The notes beneath the pieces are model-generated. The model had not been told where the DNA came from. It searched no databases and saw only the letters and a list, made by a program, of their open reading frames with translations. The position numbers and the translations under genes were made by a program. Below are positions 19,851 through 29,712 of a stretch of 64,000 nucleotides of DNA, one piece after another (position 1 is the first letter of the stretch; the number at the start of each line of letters is the position of its first letter). The stretch comes from an uncultured Patescibacteria group bacterium (GTDB lineage: Bacteria > Patescibacteriota > Microgenomatia > UBA10105 > UBA927): assembly GCA_937921305.1 (NCBI GenBank), contig CAKZSU010000002.1:1711-65710 (forward strand), given 5' to 3'.

Positions 19851-20483
19851 ATGACCATTTTTATCGATCTTGACGGAACCATTCTTCACACATTCGTTCG
19901 GCATATCGCAACGCATCACGCGGTTGCGCCTCGCGTTGGACTGCCGATCATTCCTAAAGAAGCATATTGGAGAAAAAAACGAGAGAAACAGACGCCATGG
20001 AACGAGATCTCTCAAGAACAACTCAAAGCATATACAAATCTTTTTCGCATTGAAACCGAACGATCAATCTATCTTTCTCTCGACACGCCGGTGTTTGGCA
20101 TAAAAATGCTTCTGAAAGATCTCACAAAACGCGTTGATCTTGTTCTTGTCACAAAACGATACAACAGAACAAACACGCTGTTTCAGCTCTATGATCTCAA
20201 TCTTCTCTCTTGCTTCACCGATGTGCTCACACCGTTTCCATCCTCGAAACGCGACGCAATTCAAACATATGGATATACACACCGAGATATCGTCATCGGC
20301 GACACAGAAGAAGACATTGAAACCGCAAACGAACTTACCCTTCGGTCTGTCGCCGTCTCATGGGGCATGAGGTCGCCGACCTATCTTGCGTCGCTTGGCC
20401 CAACACGACTCTGTCATACCGTAAAACAATTAAAAAATAATCTCTTTGTCTTGCTTAAGGAGAACTATCCATTGACCAAATGA
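19851..20483 (+). CDS. HAD-superfamily hydrolase
   Basis: Motif I FIDLDGTIL. Later VITKR and GDTEEDIETA motifs are consistent with HAD phosphatases. Confidence 0.6.
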   Translation: MTIFIDLDGTILHTFVRHIATHHAVAPRVGLPIIPKEAYWRKKREKQTPWNEISQEQLKAYTNLFRIETERSIYLSLDTPVFGIKMLLKDLTKRVDLVLVTKRYNRTNTLFQLYDLNLLSCFTDVLTPFPSSKRDAIQTYGYTHRDIVIGDTEEDIETANELTLRSVAVSWGMRSPTYLASLGPTRLCHTVKQLKNNLFVLLKENYPLTK

Positions 20484-20496
20484 TTCCCTTCCTTTA

Positions 20497-21137
20497 GTGT
20501 GTAATCGTATGAACCATACCTTCGCGTCAGTGATGGGAACCATGGGATCAGGGAAAACCACCATCGCGAATCTCATAGCGCAAGAGTGCGAATACACCCT
20601 TGTTCTCGAACAATTTGAAAACAACCCATTTCTTCCGAAATTTTACGCGGATATGAAACGATGGGCGTTTCATTCGCAAATGTTTTTTCTTCTTGAAAAG
20701 GCAAAACAACTTCATGGGATTCCTTCGTTGCTACAACAACAGTCTGTGATTCAAGACACGCCGATCATGCAAGATGTATATCATACGGGAAGGCGCAATA
20801 CGAACTTGGAAACATGGATCATCATGAGTGGAATCTGTATCTCAAAACATACGAAACGATCAGCGCGCATCTTCCAAAACCCGATGTGATCGTCTATCTC
20901 AAGACATCTATCGATACTCTTATGAAACGCATCAAACATCGAGGAAGATCATACGAACAATCAATTCCCAAAGACTATATTGCACTGCTAGATAGACTCA
21001 ACACCTTATGGATTGAATCAACCGACATTCCGATCATTGTTATCGATACCGATGAACGAGATATTGTAAACAAAGAACGCGACAGAGAGTATATAATCAT
21101 TACCCTTCGTCATGAACTTGCCCGTTATGCGCGATAG
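20497..21137 (+). pseudogene. deoxynucleoside kinase (dCK/dGK family) interrupted by a +/-1 frameshift
   Basis: P-loop GTMGSGKTT lies in frame 1 (20497..20889). The ERS-like region, lid region (RIKHRGRSYEQ) and C-terminus lie in frame 0 (to 21137). Homology to the dNK family continues across the frame change near 20700-20760. Confidence 0.5.
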
Positions 21138-21139
21138 CT

Positions 21140-22687
21140 ATGCATAAATTCTTGCTGTTTTTATTTCTCTCATTTGTTGGCACATCGTTGCTTGTCTATA
21201 TCTTCCAAACACGCCAATACCCTCAATGGGATGAACATCACTATCTTACGATCGCGGTAACAACACTTGACGACATCAAGGAACATGGCATCACCGGCAC
21301 ATTCTCGATTCTTGAAAACAGCGGTCATCGACAACCGATTTATCCACTCATCATCGCGACAATCCTACTCGTTACAGGAACAGATCATACCTATAAGATC
21401 GCGCTTGGCCTCAACGCGCTCCTCTTTTGTCTCACGATGATTGGAATTTATCGTATTGCTCGACGATGGCTTTCCAAAACAGCAAGCCTGTTCGCGGTAA
21501 TCACATTTGGAACCTATGGAAACGCACTCTTTTACGCGCATTTTACCTATGTCGAAACCGCGGTCACCGCGGCAATTGTCTGGGCGATCGTCGCGATTCA
21601 TAAAACACAGAAATTTGCAAACACCAAATGGAGTCTCGTCGCGGGGGCGATCGTTTCCGCCGCGACGCTCACGCGATTTATCGCGCCCGCGTTCCTTGCT
21701 GGACCAATCCTTGCGGAATTAATAACCTCGCGGAAACCGTCTCGCGTGTTTTTCAAAAACGCGGGACTCTTTCTTATCATCTCGATAGGATTGCCACTCA
21801 TACTCTACTTTATTCCCAACCGTGAACCATTTTTAGAGTATGTCCGCAACAATCAGACACTTGGACCAGAATGGGTTGCGCAGTATCGCGATCCAGCCAT
21901 GGCAAACATATTCTCCATACGATCGATTATGTATTACTTCAACATCCTACAACAAAACACGATCATTCCATTTCTTGCGTTTGTGTTTGGCATAATGATT
22001 CTGCTTTGGAATATTCCTCGAATCGTTTTAAGAGCATCGTCGAAATATCCTATTTCCATGATTGTGCATCTTCTCTTCTCATTTCTTTTTCCTTATGCGT
22101 TTCTTACTTTCATCACGATTTGGAAAGAGGATCGATTCATCGTTCCGCTCTACCCAACCATGGCGATTATTTCCGCTGTCTTTGTGGATTCGCTTCGCCG
22201 ATGGAGAATGATTCAAACACTTTGCATCACGCTTCTTGTCGGCGTGGGGTTCATGAATTTCTTTGGTGGGCTGTTTGGCATCGGACCAGCGGGACAACGC
22301 GGACTCGTGGATTACATCACGCCCCGATGGGTGCCTCACCCGCGACGAATCTATTTCACACCTCTTGTGTGGCCGCCAACAAAAGAATACACAAATGCGA
22401 GACTCGCCGCGACGATAATTCAAAATGATTGGCAAAATAAAGAACAGACAGACATTGGCATCACGTTTGACCATGAACCATTTATCAACGCGTTTTCTAG
22501 TCTTTTATGGTATGAACAACGAACGCTAGGAACGCTACATCTACAGGCAACAGAAGATATGGAATTTCTTGATTATCTATTCACACAACAGCCTGTTCGC
22601 CATGAAGAACGATGGAAACTCATCGCGACCATTCCGATACCATACGACAAGAGCGACGCCCTTCTCTATAGAAGAATTACTCAGTAA
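21140..22687 (+). CDS. GT-C fold glycosyltransferase, ArnT/PMT-like (GT39/GT83-like)
   Basis: TM1 is followed by PQWDEHHY, a DE motif in the first extracytoplasmic loop as in ArnT/PMT enzymes. Multiple further TM helices. 515 aa. Confidence 0.55.
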   Translation: MHKFLLFLFLSFVGTSLLVYIFQTRQYPQWDEHHYLTIAVTTLDDIKEHGITGTFSILENSGHRQPIYPLIIATILLVTGTDHTYKIALGLNALLFCLTMIGIYRIARRWLSKTASLFAVITFGTYGNALFYAHFTYVETAVTAAIVWAIVAIHKTQKFANTKWSLVAGAIVSAATLTRFIAPAFLAGPILAELITSRKPSRVFFKNAGLFLIISIGLPLILYFIPNREPFLEYVRNNQTLGPEWVAQYRDPAMANIFSIRSIMYYFNILQQNTIIPFLAFVFGIMILLWNIPRIVLRASSKYPISMIVHLLFSFLFPYAFLTFITIWKEDRFIVPLYPTMAIISAVFVDSLRRWRMIQTLCITLLVGVGFMNFFGGLFGIGPAGQRGLVDYITPRWVPHPRRIYFTPLVWPPTKEYTNARLAATIIQNDWQNKEQTDIGITFDHEPFINAFSSLLWYEQRTLGTLHLQATEDMEFLDYLFTQQPVRHEERWKLIATIPIPYDKSDALLYRRITQ

Positions 22688-24440
22688 CCCTGTACACAAC
22701 AGCCATATCGTTTCGATACACTTCCGTCAAAAATGGATAAAACACGCGAAGATCATCCGCTCCATACGCCATTTCCCGCTCTTCAGGGCCAAACAACACA
22801 TATTGAATCCTATTTTCTCTAAACACAGGAGGAAACTCATTAGCCGGACGTTTTCTTCCAAAAAAATTCGCGACAATAATCCCCTTTTCTTCCACTTTCA
22901 CCGTGTTGGCATGACCAATATACGCATAATTCCCCGCGTAGACAGGAATAAGATTGCCTGTAGCTAGACCAGAGAATATAGCAACATCTCGCGGTGTATT
23001 TACTTGAAGCCACACCATCGCATCAACAAGATCACGCAATGGATACATCACTTCAGCGCCTTTTGGCACAAGTGGAATATCTGCGCGTAATTTGTGATCC
23101 ACAAAATCCTTTTGCCATAACCACGACGAATACATGCTCCCCATTCCAAGAAGAATCACTACAATCGGAATAAGCAACACAATATCTGACACTGTTGATA
23201 CGTTTTTCTTTTTGATCCATTTATACAGCCCCCATACGCCATAGAGCGATAACACGCCAAGCGGAATATGCGGGGCCATTTGTGAAAATCGCGTCGGCGA
23301 TTGTTGCGGAATATAATTAAATATCACAATAAACGCCAACCACGCGATCACCCAAACAACAAATCCAAGAAACTTCTGCTCTCTTTTAATGATGACAACC
23401 AACAACCCAAGAAGCCCCAACGGCAACACTGGACCAACCGCCAAAAAATACTCGATATATGAAAACTTCGTCGGGTGCAATACATCAAATTCCACCAGCC
23501 GCTTCCATGGATACTGTTGAAATAGAAGCGCGTAATACACCATCGTTGGGAATGTCATTGCGACGAACACGATTCGTCCAAACAATCGCTCTTTGAAAAG
23601 CGTCCAAAACGATCCACTGATCAACCGACGCGATGCTAGAGTCCGAGCAACAAATAATCCTCCCACATCAACAATCATCCATAATGCAAGAACGCCGTAC
23701 AAGAAAAACAACGCGGGAGGAAATATCACCCCAAGAAGCACACCAATCCAGCCAAGAAATACCCAATTCCCGTACCGTCTCTTTGTGAGAAATCCTCCGG
23801 AAAACACCCAAAGAAAAAACGCGAGCATTGCTTGTCCGACCAACACATGCGGAAGAAACGTCGTTCGTTGCAAGCTATCCATCATAGTATACCACGGCAT
23901 GTAACCGCCAAAGCGAGGCCATCCGTCAACGGTTTCCAGTTTGGGCCATGTTGATGCCGTCACGATGAGCAAAAACGAAAGAATCTGCCACGAAAAACTC
24001 GGAAACGCCCATCGCGAAATCTGCCATATAACAAACAACAACACTCCAGCGAAAAATACTCGCATGGTGTGATATGACAACCATACATATGGCGTTTGCA
24101 CATGAAGCCAATCAGACACACGACCAATAAAAACATAGAGTATTTGACTCAAACTTCCCTCGTGCGGTTCCGTCGTGTACTTCTCTTTCGCAAGCCACGC
24201 ACCCTCCTTGCCCTGCCGAATTTTAGAAAGATACAACTGATAGTCTGTTGGGAAATTATGAACCAACTCAAAATATCGGATCGGTTTAATCTTCCACCGA
24301 TTCATCCATTCATAGAGCGTCGGCGTCATCGAAAACAGGAGAAAAAAACCAATCAAAAATAACGGAAGCAACGACCGAACATATCGAAACACCCGAGCAG
24401 TCATAGTGATAGTATGTAGTGTACAAAATTTAGAAAGCAT
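22677..24440 (-). CDS. large polytopic membrane protein, putative GT-C glycosyltransferase
   Basis: More than 10 hydrophobic helices. No soluble catalytic motif. Context among other GT-C genes. Confidence 0.4.
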   Translation of the reverse strand: MLSKFCTLHTITMTARVFRYVRSLLPLFLIGFFLLFSMTPTLYEWMNRWKIKPIRYFELVHNFPTDYQLYLSKIRQGKEGAWLAKEKYTTEPHEGSLSQILYVFIGRVSDWLHVQTPYVWLSYHTMRVFFAGVLLFVIWQISRWAFPSFSWQILSFLLIVTASTWPKLETVDGWPRFGGYMPWYTMMDSLQRTTFLPHVLVGQAMLAFFLWVFSGGFLTKRRYGNWVFLGWIGVLLGVIFPPALFFLYGVLALWMIVDVGGLFVARTLASRRLISGSFWTLFKERLFGRIVFVAMTFPTMVYYALLFQQYPWKRLVEFDVLHPTKFSYIEYFLAVGPVLPLGLLGLLVVIIKREQKFLGFVVWVIAWLAFIVIFNYIPQQSPTRFSQMAPHIPLGVLSLYGVWGLYKWIKKKNVSTVSDIVLLIPIVVILLGMGSMYSSWLWQKDFVDHKLRADIPLVPKGAEVMYPLRDLVDAMVWLQVNTPRDVAIFSGLATGNLIPVYAGNYAYIGHANTVKVEEKGIIVANFFGRKRPANEFPPVFRENRIQYVLFGPEEREMAYGADDLRVFYPFLTEVYRNDMAVVYRVTE

Positions 24441-24552
24441 TATGAAACTAGAAGAACGATATCTTTTCTCTAGTTCATCTGACTAATACTTTAATCCAAC
24501 GCGCATCTAGAAAAGAAAGAAAAAACACGATATAACAAATAATATTGATCTT

Positions 24553-25245
24553 ATGGAACATGAAGAACAAGAGATGAAATCGTTTCTCCGTGTTGGGGCG
24601 ATTGTCGCGATTTGTGTTGTTATCCTTCTTAGCGTTGTTTTTGTGTGGAACGCGTGGACCGTTCAACGAAACGGCAAGGTCGTCTTTCATGCGGGTGTCA
24701 CTTACACCGGACCAGATCAAAAACAACAGAAACAACTCCCGGAAAAATTTGCTGTCGATGATACAACGAAATGGATTAGAATAACTGGAAAGCTCTATCC
24801 GTACTCTTTTGAAGCTCCGGAAACGCTAACGCTTGTCCGATTTGACAACGACCCTTACGATATCTACGCGGTCTCGTACAACAATCAACCGCCAAGCTCC
24901 CACGTCCTCATCGGTGTTGATGATCTCTCGGCAAAAAAAGAACTCAAACAATACATTAAACAACCAAAAACAGTATATGTCCAAGAATGGTGGAAACACA
25001 TCGGCGGATTAAGCGGCATGTCGTCAATCACTCCATTCACAAACAGCAACGGATTAAAAGGATATCGCGCGAAATTTCTTCTCAAGAATGGAACACCAAC
25101 GCCATACGACGATGTATTCTTTGAAGTGCCGAAACGAAATGATCTTATAATCCATCTCTCGAACAACATTCTTGAATCAACAGTATTTGAACGCATTGTA
25201 GATTCACTCTCTTGGAGTTCTACTGCGTCAGGAATAACAAAATAG
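24553..25245 (+). CDS. hypothetical membrane-anchored exported protein
   Basis: Single N-terminal TM (AIVAICVVILLSVVFVW) followed by a hydrophilic domain. Confidence 0.35.
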   Translation: MEHEEQEMKSFLRVGAIVAICVVILLSVVFVWNAWTVQRNGKVVFHAGVTYTGPDQKQQKQLPEKFAVDDTTKWIRITGKLYPYSFEAPETLTLVRFDNDPYDIYAVSYNNQPPSSHVLIGVDDLSAKKELKQYIKQPKTVYVQEWWKHIGGLSGMSSITPFTNSNGLKGYRAKFLLKNGTPTPYDDVFFEVPKRNDLIIHLSNNILESTVFERIVDSLSWSSTASGITK

Positions 25246-25316
25246 CGTAAAAAGTTCCAATATGATTCTTATCTAAAAATCGACAATTTGCGATTGATAA
25301 TTGATCATCATGATTT

Positions 25317-27200
25317 ATGAGACTATTATTCATCACCATTGTCTTCATCCTCGGGTTGTTTATTCGATTATTTTTTGTTCCAAATCCTGGCTTTGAAGCA
25401 GATATCGCATTTTGGAAAGGATGGGGACTCGCGGCCGCTGACAATGGCGGACTGTGGGCAATACTTAACACAAATAATAATTACCCTACGCTATTTGTGT
25501 ACACGCTTGGCGCGATGGTTCATCTGTATCGTCTCCTCGGAGGCGAGCCTCACAATGTCCATTCATACTGGATGAATACGAATCTTCGATTTCTGTTTGT
25601 CTCAAAACTCCCCTCGATCCTCGCGGATGTTGGAATCGCGGGAATTATTCTCTATGTCGGCAAACGATTTAACCACCTCTTTTCATACACTTTTGTGAAT
25701 CAGAAACAGAGACAAAAACAAAAGAACCCTATCACCGCGCTTCTTGAATCTCAATGGCTCTTTCCTTTTCTCGCCGCACTGTATTTGCTCAACCCTGTAT
25801 CAATCATGGACGGCTCGTGGTGGGGGCAAGTAGATAGTCTTGGCGTTGCATACTTTCTCCTCGTTGTGATCGCCATCTTACATAAACGGATGATGCTCAC
25901 AGGAGCGCTGTTTATATTCGCGATGATGACAAAACTTCAAAATATGATTTATGGACCACTCTTGTTTGTGTTCATATGGCATACATTCGGTGTTCGCGCG
26001 ATGACAAAAACAATCGTCGGAGCGATCATCGCATTTTTTGGATTGAATATCGAATTTTTTCTCTCAAAAAACATGCACCTCGTCATAGGCTCGCTTATCA
26101 ATAATTATGATTACTTCCCGTATATGTCGTTGCACGCGTATAACCCGTGGTGGATTATTTCTGAAGGAAACGGCATGGGCGTGTCTGACAAATTTCTGGT
26201 TATTGGGATACTAAACGCAAAAACCGTGGGTACCATCATCTTCGCATCGTGCTACCTTGTTGCTGTCCTCGCGATAATTCTACCAACATTGCTCCGCATG
26301 AAGCAAAGAACTCCGAAAAATCAAACAGACGCTGACGAACGACAATCATTCTTTTGTTTTATTCTTGGCCTCTGCCTTGTGAATCTTGCGTTTTTCTTAT
26401 TTCTCACCCAATCACATGAACGATACGCCTTCCCCTTTTTTGGATTCAGTTTGCTCCTCGCGCCATTTCTTTCTCATCAACGCAAAATCGTCTTTCTTGT
26501 GTTGTATTGCGTATTTTCCTTCGTTTATTTTCTTAATCTCCACACCGCCTTCGCGCACAATTATCCAGAAAACGTCTTTCAATGGCTTCGATTTCTCGCT
26601 TCGTCCAGCTACACGAATCTTTTATCTTTCATAAATATAGCGATCTTTGCCATATTCATACTTCTCTTTGCAAACGACTTCACAAAGCACACCCTAGGAA
26701 TTGGTGTGATCGTATGTATTGGATTACTTCTCTTTGGAAATCATTCATATCTTCTTAGACAACCCATACATCTCTCCTCGATTACTCCATATCAAAGTTG
26801 GCAAGCGTATGGGGCGCGACAAACAAACATGCCTGTGTCTTCCTCTGGGTCAAATCCAAAGAGCTGGACGTTTCTCTCGACGCAATATGCATTCTTCCGA
26901 AAAGGCATTGGAACACACGCTAATAGCGCAATCTCATATGACATTGGAAAGAAATTCTCAATATTTCGAACAGACTATGGCATTGACACAAACGCAGGAA
27001 CTCAAGCATCCGCAATCTTCGAAATCTGGGGAGACGATAAGTTGCTCTTTCAGTCAGATGTCATGAGGCGATTCGACATGCCAAAACATGTAGTCATTAC
27101 TGTCAAGGGGATAAAGACACTCACACTTATCACGCGAGAAGCAAAAGACGGAAATACCGATGATCACACAAATTGGTTGAATCCTAAACTATATAGATAA
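25317..27200 (+). CDS. polytopic GT-C-like membrane protein with C-terminal NPCBM-like carbohydrate-binding domain
   Basis: N-terminal ~520 aa are multi-TM, with GFEADIAFWKGW after TM1. The C-terminal ~110 aa (GIGTHANSAISYDIGKKFSIFRTDYGIDTNAG...FEIWGDDKLLFQSDVM...VITVKGIKTLTLITREAKDGNTDDHTNWLNPKL) follow the NPCBM/F5-8-like pattern. Confidence 0.55.
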   Translation: MRLLFITIVFILGLFIRLFFVPNPGFEADIAFWKGWGLAAADNGGLWAILNTNNNYPTLFVYTLGAMVHLYRLLGGEPHNVHSYWMNTNLRFLFVSKLPSILADVGIAGIILYVGKRFNHLFSYTFVNQKQRQKQKNPITALLESQWLFPFLAALYLLNPVSIMDGSWWGQVDSLGVAYFLLVVIAILHKRMMLTGALFIFAMMTKLQNMIYGPLLFVFIWHTFGVRAMTKTIVGAIIAFFGLNIEFFLSKNMHLVIGSLINNYDYFPYMSLHAYNPWWIISEGNGMGVSDKFLVIGILNAKTVGTIIFASCYLVAVLAIILPTLLRMKQRTPKNQTDADERQSFFCFILGLCLVNLAFFLFLTQSHERYAFPFFGFSLLLAPFLSHQRKIVFLVLYCVFSFVYFLNLHTAFAHNYPENVFQWLRFLASSSYTNLLSFINIAIFAIFILLFANDFTKHTLGIGVIVCIGLLLFGNHSYLLRQPIHLSSITPYQSWQAYGARQTNMPVSSSGSNPKSWTFLSTQYAFFRKGIGTHANSAISYDIGKKFSIFRTDYGIDTNAGTQASAIFEIWGDDKLLFQSDVMRRFDMPKHVVITVKGIKTLTLITREAKDGNTDDHTNWLNPKLYR

Positions 27201-29668
27201 TGAAACACACCCACACAATCGAACCATCGCCACAAAAAACAAATCGTCGATTTCGCTCATTCTTTGAACACGGAATCGCATGGTTCATGCTTGCTTTTGC
27301 GATAGGCTTTAATCTCTGGATTTATCGTCTCGAACCAACAAGTGTCGTCGATCCAAACGACAATCCCTTTCAATACGCGCTCGTGGAACGAACCAATCAA
27401 ATCTGGGACTATGCGACAGAGACGTGCGGGATAAATCTTCTCTGTTTCACTGGCTATCTTCTCGATCACTGGGTGCCAAATTGGGCGCAAGGCTACAATC
27501 TGCCACATTATTACTCTCATCTTCCGCAAATCGCGATCGTGGCAAGTTATAGAATGCTCTCGGCGATCAGCAGTCAGCTGACTGTAATCAGCTTGTTTTC
27601 GTATTATCACATCGTCATCTATCTTCTTCTTTGCTTCTTCCCGCTTTCATTGTTTCTTGCATTCCGCATTATAAAAGCGCCTCCGATTATAGCCGGAAGC
27701 GCGGCGCTCATCGCCAGTCATATCTCAACCGATGGACTGTACGGCCTCGATCCATCGTCATTTCTCTGGCGAGGATATGGACTAACCAGTCAATTATTCG
27801 CCATGATCTGGATACCTCTTGCCATCGCGTCGGCGTATCGATTGTTCGTTAACGATACTGCGATTCGATATGCGTCAGTAAAATCATTTACTGCCTCCAT
27901 CGGCTCTCTTCCGTTTGTCAAAACGACAATATTCTTCCTTATTTTAACCATCAGCGGGCACCTTGGACTAGGTATCGTCACGATACTCTCTCTTGCAGTT
28001 CTTGCACTGACAAAACCAGTATTGGGCATTCTTTTGAAACAGTCATTCGGCGTAATCATTGCAAAAACACGAGATCAATTCCTGAAACTGTTGCTTGTCT
28101 ACGGATCGACGATATTTTTTCTTAGCTATTGGATTGTTCCCACGCTTTTGTATAAAGAGTATCACAACTATTCCTTCTGGGATCCGATATGGAAATTCAA
28201 CTCGTATGGCTGGAGACAGATTATGGAATGGTTTGTCAACGGCGACCTCTTTGACTTTGGACGAAGCATCCCAATCTTTACTATCCTTCTTCTTATTGGT
28301 GGCGCATCAGCGTTTCTTGCAAAGCTCCCCGAACAATCAAGCGAAAACCAAGAATCAATCGGTCGTCTCGCTCCATTCTCATTGCTCTTCTCGTTCTGGC
28401 TTCTCATGTTTTTTGGCAGAACCACATGGGGCGGACTCCTTGATCTCATCCCAAGCATGAAAGAATTTCACCAATCGCGATTCATCGTTGGCGTTCATCT
28501 CGCGGGATTGTTTCTCATTCCTTTTGGAATATGGATGATAAGCGACACGCTCGTAGCGATCTTCTATCGCGTCTTCTCAGGGATCAAAAATCGCCTTCCG
28601 GAACATATACATCCTGTCTTGTCAACTACGCTGATCATTGGCGTCACGATCACCATATGCGCGCTGTCCTATCCACAAACCATACGGTACGCGTCGCATA
28701 ACGATGTTTTGATTCGACAAGGCAACGCGAATGCAAAAAAACAAAAAGGGGATCTTGATCGTCTGATTACAGCACTCAAACAGTCTCCCTCGGGGAGAAC
28801 TTACCCGGGGAGAGGTGGATCGTGGGGGAAAAATCTCGTAATCGCGGAAACGCCTTATTACATGCATCTTTCAACCTACGGTATACCGGTTATTCTTTGG
28901 CTTCCTCAAACATGGTCGCCGAATTCCGATGTGGAGCAATTTTTTATCGAAGAATGGAAAGAACACTACAATCTTATGAATATCAATCGCGTCGTCACGC
29001 CGCCAAATCATACACCGATTCAACCCTTTTGGCAACTCAAAGAAAAAACTCCACAATGGGAGCTATACACAGTGGAAACGTCGGGATATATCGGAGCGGG
29101 AAGCCATGCCGCTGTTGTCTATAGTTCAAAATTTGATTTCATCAATCTCGTCCGTCTCTGGCTTCAATCTGATTATGTAAAACGAGGCATCGTTCCTCAA
29201 CTAACCTTTAATCGATCGGAGATGATAAACTCTCCCATTCCTGCATTCGAAATACTCGATGAAGCGACATATCGAACACGAGACGGAACTATCTATGGAC
29301 TTTTTCAAGAGCCTCCACGCTACGAAGCGCCTGAAGCAAAAATTGTGGTAAAAGAAGTTGCAACAAAAGCAGATATGGAATTTGTAGCAAACGCCACAAT
29401 CCGCGAACCATGTGAGCGATGCATCGTGTTTCTGAAACAAACGTTTCACCCAAATTGGCGCGTGTGGATCAACGGAAAAGGAACAGAGCCATTCATCAGT
29501 TTTCCTTTTTATATTGCGGTAAAACTAACGACGCCTGGTGATCATGAAATTGTCTTCAAGTATCAACCAGGCGCACTCAAGATGATGCTATTCACCTTTT
29601 CGTTTATGACAGGAGCACTTCTTGTTGTTTTTTTATTTATAAAATATGTTCGCGCCCGCATATCTTAA
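27200..29668 (+). CDS. YfhO-family large membrane protein (GT-C fold glycosyltransferase)
   Basis: 822 aa with many TM helices. The C-terminus FHPNWRVWINGKGTEPF...AVKLTTPGDHEIVFKYQP matches the characteristic YfhO C-terminal motif. Confidence 0.5.
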   Translation: MKHTHTIEPSPQKTNRRFRSFFEHGIAWFMLAFAIGFNLWIYRLEPTSVVDPNDNPFQYALVERTNQIWDYATETCGINLLCFTGYLLDHWVPNWAQGYNLPHYYSHLPQIAIVASYRMLSAISSQLTVISLFSYYHIVIYLLLCFFPLSLFLAFRIIKAPPIIAGSAALIASHISTDGLYGLDPSSFLWRGYGLTSQLFAMIWIPLAIASAYRLFVNDTAIRYASVKSFTASIGSLPFVKTTIFFLILTISGHLGLGIVTILSLAVLALTKPVLGILLKQSFGVIIAKTRDQFLKLLLVYGSTIFFLSYWIVPTLLYKEYHNYSFWDPIWKFNSYGWRQIMEWFVNGDLFDFGRSIPIFTILLLIGGASAFLAKLPEQSSENQESIGRLAPFSLLFSFWLLMFFGRTTWGGLLDLIPSMKEFHQSRFIVGVHLAGLFLIPFGIWMISDTLVAIFYRVFSGIKNRLPEHIHPVLSTTLIIGVTITICALSYPQTIRYASHNDVLIRQGNANAKKQKGDLDRLITALKQSPSGRTYPGRGGSWGKNLVIAETPYYMHLSTYGIPVILWLPQTWSPNSDVEQFFIEEWKEHYNLMNINRVVTPPNHTPIQPFWQLKEKTPQWELYTVETSGYIGAGSHAAVVYSSKFDFINLVRLWLQSDYVKRGIVPQLTFNRSEMINSPIPAFEILDEATYRTRDGTIYGLFQEPPRYEAPEAKIVVKEVATKADMEFVANATIREPCERCIVFLKQTFHPNWRVWINGKGTEPFISFPFYIAVKLTTPGDHEIVFKYQPGALKMMLFTFSFMTGALLVVFLFIKYVRARIS

Positions 29669-29712
29669 TTTCTCAAAACCTGGCCTTACAATAAAATTCA
29701 TCTCAGCTCAAC

